A stretch of 18,628 bases of DNA, from positions 1 to 18,628 of the forward strand of contig CAZYIM010000042.1 in the NCBI GenBank assembly GCA_964647565.1. The letters run 5' to 3'. Each line of letters opens with the position of its first letter. The first letter of the stretch is position 1. Made by a program: the position numbers and the translations under genes. The notes under the pieces are model-generated. The model saw only the letters and a list, made by a program, of their open reading frames with translations, searched no databases and was not told the DNA's origin. Below are positions 16,112 through 18,628 of this stretch, piece by piece. Source of the stretch: an uncultured Methanosarcinales archaeon. GTDB taxonomy: Archaea > Nanobdellota > Nanobdellia > Woesearchaeales > CAZYIM01.

Positions 16112-17877
16112 GAAGATTTATCCTCTTTATGTTGTTTTTCTTGATTATCATATCTGTACCTTGTGCGGCAACTAAAAAAAGCATAACTCTATTGACAATT
16201 TCCAAATCGGACGACGATTTCATCGGAGGAACTGCAGAAATGATTCTAGAGATAAAAGCAGGTTCGGGAAGAATATTCATTGATTCATTCCCCATCTCCA
16301 AGATGGATACCCAAATTTCTACCAGATTTGCAAATGATATGGCGTGCAACTTCCTCGAAAGAGATTGTTCTGCCTATGATTTTTTCTATACTATAAGGGC
16401 TAACAGTAATATTGTTGGCGGACCCAGCGCAGGAGCCGCCACAACAGTACTTACTATAGCGTCACTGGATAATTTAGATATTCAGGAGAATATAGCAATC
16501 ACTGGCACAATTAACTCAGGCGGGTTGATTGGGCCTGTCGGAGGGATAAAAGAAAAAATAGAAGCTGCCAAAGATGTAGGCATGGTTAAAGTGCTTATCC
16601 CTTCGCTAACCTTCCTGAACGATACCAATCTCTCTGATGTTGAGGATATTAATATAATAAAGGTGGGTAGTGTAGAGGATGCTGTTTTGGAGGTTACTGG
16701 TAAATTATATCCTAGTCACGAAGATCAGGGCGTATCCAAAGCATATTCAGTTAGAATGAATAAAGTCGCATCTGCTATCTGTGAAAGAACAGCTGGCCTC
16801 AAAACGAGACTATTGAATATAAATAGTTCTGCCTATAATGCCTCTGATGACAAACTAAACCTTTCAAGTCTTGCATTTGAAGAAGCCAAATACTATAGCG
16901 CAGCAAGTTATTGCTTCTCTACTAATGTCAGATTCAAGGAAAAAATTGTAGAGCAACTTGGCGAAGAAGAATGGCTCGATACAAAAGATAAAGCAGACAC
17001 CTCAATAAACGCCATCAATAAGTGGCTTGATAAGAAGAAACTGGAAACTATTCCAGATCTGGAAACCTATATGGTGGTCAAGGAACGACTTAGTGAAGCC
17101 AGAGACACTCTGAATAATACGAATTCATCTAATAATTCAACTTACGACATTGCTTATGCTTACGAAAGAGTACAGAGTGCTGTAGCTTGGTCTAAATTCT
17201 TTGGCCTGGAAGGACGACAATTTGTACTGGATGAACCTGCATTAAAGGAAGGTTGCCTAAAAAAAATCTCTGATGTCGAAGAAAGAATAGATTATTTCAA
17301 TCTCTATCTTCCTCTAGAGTTAAACAGTATCAGGGCAGTCTTAGATAAAGCTTATGCCGAATTAAAAAAGGAGAATTATGCTGTCTGTTTATTCAAAGCC
17401 AGCAAAGCAAAGGCTGAAATCGATGTTATTATATCGTCTATGAGTGTTAAAGAAGAATTGGTGCCAGAACTTATCGACCAAAAACTGAAGCTGGCAAAGA
17501 GAGTAATTCTTAAAGAACAGGCAAAGGATATTTTCCCCATCTTAGGATACAGCTATTTTGAATATGCACATTCCCTTAAGAATGAAAACCCATACTCATC
17601 TCTGTTGTTTGCAGAATATGCGCTTGAGCTCAGCAACCTCGATGTATATTTTCCTAAGAAAAGTGTCCACATCCCCATTGTAGAGCCCGAATATTATTAT
17701 ATCTTCATCCTAGGTATTCTGATTGGATTTATTGCAGGTATTTTAGTATATAGACATGCAACTTCAAAAAAAGAGATGAAAAAAGCTATAAAAAAGAATA
17801 CCAAGATCAGAATGAAAAGAGAAAAAACCCAAGAAGATTCCAAGAAAAGTCGGAATCTCCTCGGGAAAAAGAGGTGA
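16108..17877 (+). CDS. Secreted, membrane-anchored Lon-like (S16) serine protease (archaeal COG1750-type)
   Basis: N-terminal signal/TM; Ser-Lys dyad context GGPSAGAA and TGTINSGGLIGPVGGIKEK; long helical region; C-terminal TM and basic tail; no AAA+ domain. ATGA overlap with bud32. Confidence 0.88.
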   Translation: MRRFILFMLFFLIIISVPCAATKKSITLLTISKSDDDFIGGTAEMILEIKAGSGRIFIDSFPISKMDTQISTRFANDMACNFLERDCSAYDFFYTIRANSNIVGGPSAGAATTVLTIASLDNLDIQENIAITGTINSGGLIGPVGGIKEKIEAAKDVGMVKVLIPSLTFLNDTNLSDVEDINIIKVGSVEDAVLEVTGKLYPSHEDQGVSKAYSVRMNKVASAICERTAGLKTRLLNINSSAYNASDDKLNLSSLAFEEAKYYSAASYCFSTNVRFKEKIVEQLGEEEWLDTKDKADTSINAINKWLDKKKLETIPDLETYMVVKERLSEARDTLNNTNSSNNSTYDIAYAYERVQSAVAWSKFFGLEGRQFVLDEPALKEGCLKKISDVEERIDYFNLYLPLELNSIRAVLDKAYAELKKENYAVCLFKASKAKAEIDVIISSMSVKEELVPELIDQKLKLAKRVILKEQAKDIFPILGYSYFEYAHSLKNENPYSSLLFAEYALELSNLDVYFPKKSVHIPIVEPEYYYIFILGILIGFIAGILVYRHATSKKEMKKAIKKNTKIRMKREKTQEDSKKSRNLLGKKR

Positions 17878-17920
17878 GCTTAATGATAAATGTTAGAAAC
17901 CTCTTTGAACAACCCCCTTT
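17822..17920 (-). ncRNA. Candidate structured small RNA antisense to the protease 3' end
   Basis: Minus-strand BRE/TATA at 17957-17941; 8-bp stem AAAGAGGU/ACCUCUUU; 16-bp stem CCCGAGGAGAUUCCGA/UUGGAAUCUUCUUGGG with three G-U pairs, followed by U6. Family unknown; ends approximate. Confidence 0.5.
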
Positions 17921-17940
17921 AAGTCCTTTTTATGGGATTA

Positions 17941-17957
17941 ATTATTTAAACTTTTCG
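17941..17957 (-). promoter_or_regulatory. BRE/TATA promoter pointing leftwards with no protein gene to serve
   Basis: Minus strand reads cgaaaag-TTTAAATA-at, the same architecture as cgaaaca-TTTATAAA at 15166 and caaaacc-TTTATAAA at 9770. Confidence 0.55.
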
Positions 17958-18018
17958 ATTTTATCCATTTCATAATGGTAACAAATCGTAATCTATTGGT
18001 GACGATTTTGAGCACACA

Positions 18019-18546
18019 ATGACATGTAAAAAATGTACTAGAAAAAGCCAAGTGAGTTTAAGTTATGAAAAAGAAGGCTATTGTGAAGAATGCTTCCTAA
18101 AAACTGTTGAAAAAAGGATCAGAAAAGAACACAGGATTCAAAAAACTTTCAAACCAAAGGAAAAGATCTATCTATTAAACGACGGTTCAAAGGAATTTAG
18201 AGTCTCAAAATATTATTTGGAAAAAATATGGCCCCTGCTCAAGATAACTGAAGTAAAGAAAAAAATTAAACACGCCCAATATAAACTTGTAATTCCATCT
18301 AATCTGGATAGGGAGATAAACAAGAGATTCATGAGCCTGCTCACAAACAAGAAACTAGATAGTCAGCCAAAAAACCAGATATTATTCTTAAACAACCTTT
18401 TGGAAGAAGAAATAATCCACATCTGCCAACTAATGAGATTTAAGATCGGAAAAAAGGAAAAGAAAATTCCGTTCATAGAACAGCTTGAAACGGAACATCC
18501 AGGCACTAAATTCTCAATGATAAAGAGTTTTAATCTCATCCCTTAA
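18019..18546 (+). CDS. Short, degenerate TtuA/Ncs6(Ctu1)-like protein with N-terminal zinc finger
   Basis: CKKC...YCEECFLKTVEKRIRK resembles the TtuA N-terminus and LETEHPGTKFSMIKSF its C-terminal region, but the PP-loop SGGKDS is absent (LNDGSKE at the matching position) and the protein is only 175 aa. Confidence 0.6.
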   Translation: MTCKKCTRKSQVSLSYEKEGYCEECFLKTVEKRIRKEHRIQKTFKPKEKIYLLNDGSKEFRVSKYYLEKIWPLLKITEVKKKIKHAQYKLVIPSNLDREINKRFMSLLTNKKLDSQPKNQILFLNNLLEEEIIHICQLMRFKIGKKEKKIPFIEQLETEHPGTKFSMIKSFNLIP

Positions 18547-18609
18547 TCCGAAAACCTCCCGAATTATCTTCAATAAGTTTTATTAAACTAATTCTTGTAT
18601 GCTAAAAAC

Positions 18610-18628
18610 ATGAAATGTGTGTGGGTGT
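18610..18628 (+). CDS. Probable start of the next gene (MKCVWV...), cut by the window edge
   Basis: ATG about 30 nt after an AT-rich TATA-like box (ttttattaaa at ~18578-18587); only 6 codons visible. Confidence 0.3.

Noticed and set aside
17822..17920. tRNA, 5S rRNA, SRP RNA, RNase P RNA or preQ1 riboswitch
   Set aside because: No cloverleaf or T-loop, no SRP helix-8 motif and no GAGGAAAGUCC. The AGAGGUUUCUA resemblance to preQ1-I lacks the required A-rich 3' tail and a downstream gene.

Overview
An AT-rich, gene-dense archaeal chromosomal segment. Rpp21, stand-alone Bud32, a NIP7-like protein, a COG1750-type Lon-like protease, BRE/TATA promoters and GAGGTGA/GGAGG ribosome-binding sites indicate Archaea. 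The bacterial-type GAPDH and compact layout suggest a DPANN lineage such as Woesearchaeota (inference). Gene order: B12-binding radical SAM protein (5'-truncated), MscS, pcm, ppsA, small hypothetical, gap, SGNH hydrolase (-), EEP phosphoesterase, SpoIIM-family membrane protein, Cys-rich lipoprotein broken by one in-frame TGA, DUF362/ferredoxin, pgk, NIP7-like (-), coiled-coil protein (-), rnp4, two tiny in-frame ORFs, bud32, membrane-anchored S16 protease and a degenerate TtuA/Ncs6-like protein. No mobile-element genes, CRISPR array, tRNA or rRNA were seen. The main unexplained signals are non-coding: (1) a candidate ~100-nt minus-strand small RNA (~17920->17822) with its own BRE/TATA, a 16-bp G-U-containing hairpin and a U6 tail, antisense to the protease 3' end; (2) tandem palindromic 47-nt repeats at 14561-14689; (3) a 27-nt duplication of the gap translation start that creates a leader ORF with a hairpin; (4) the TGA-interrupted surface lipoprotein.
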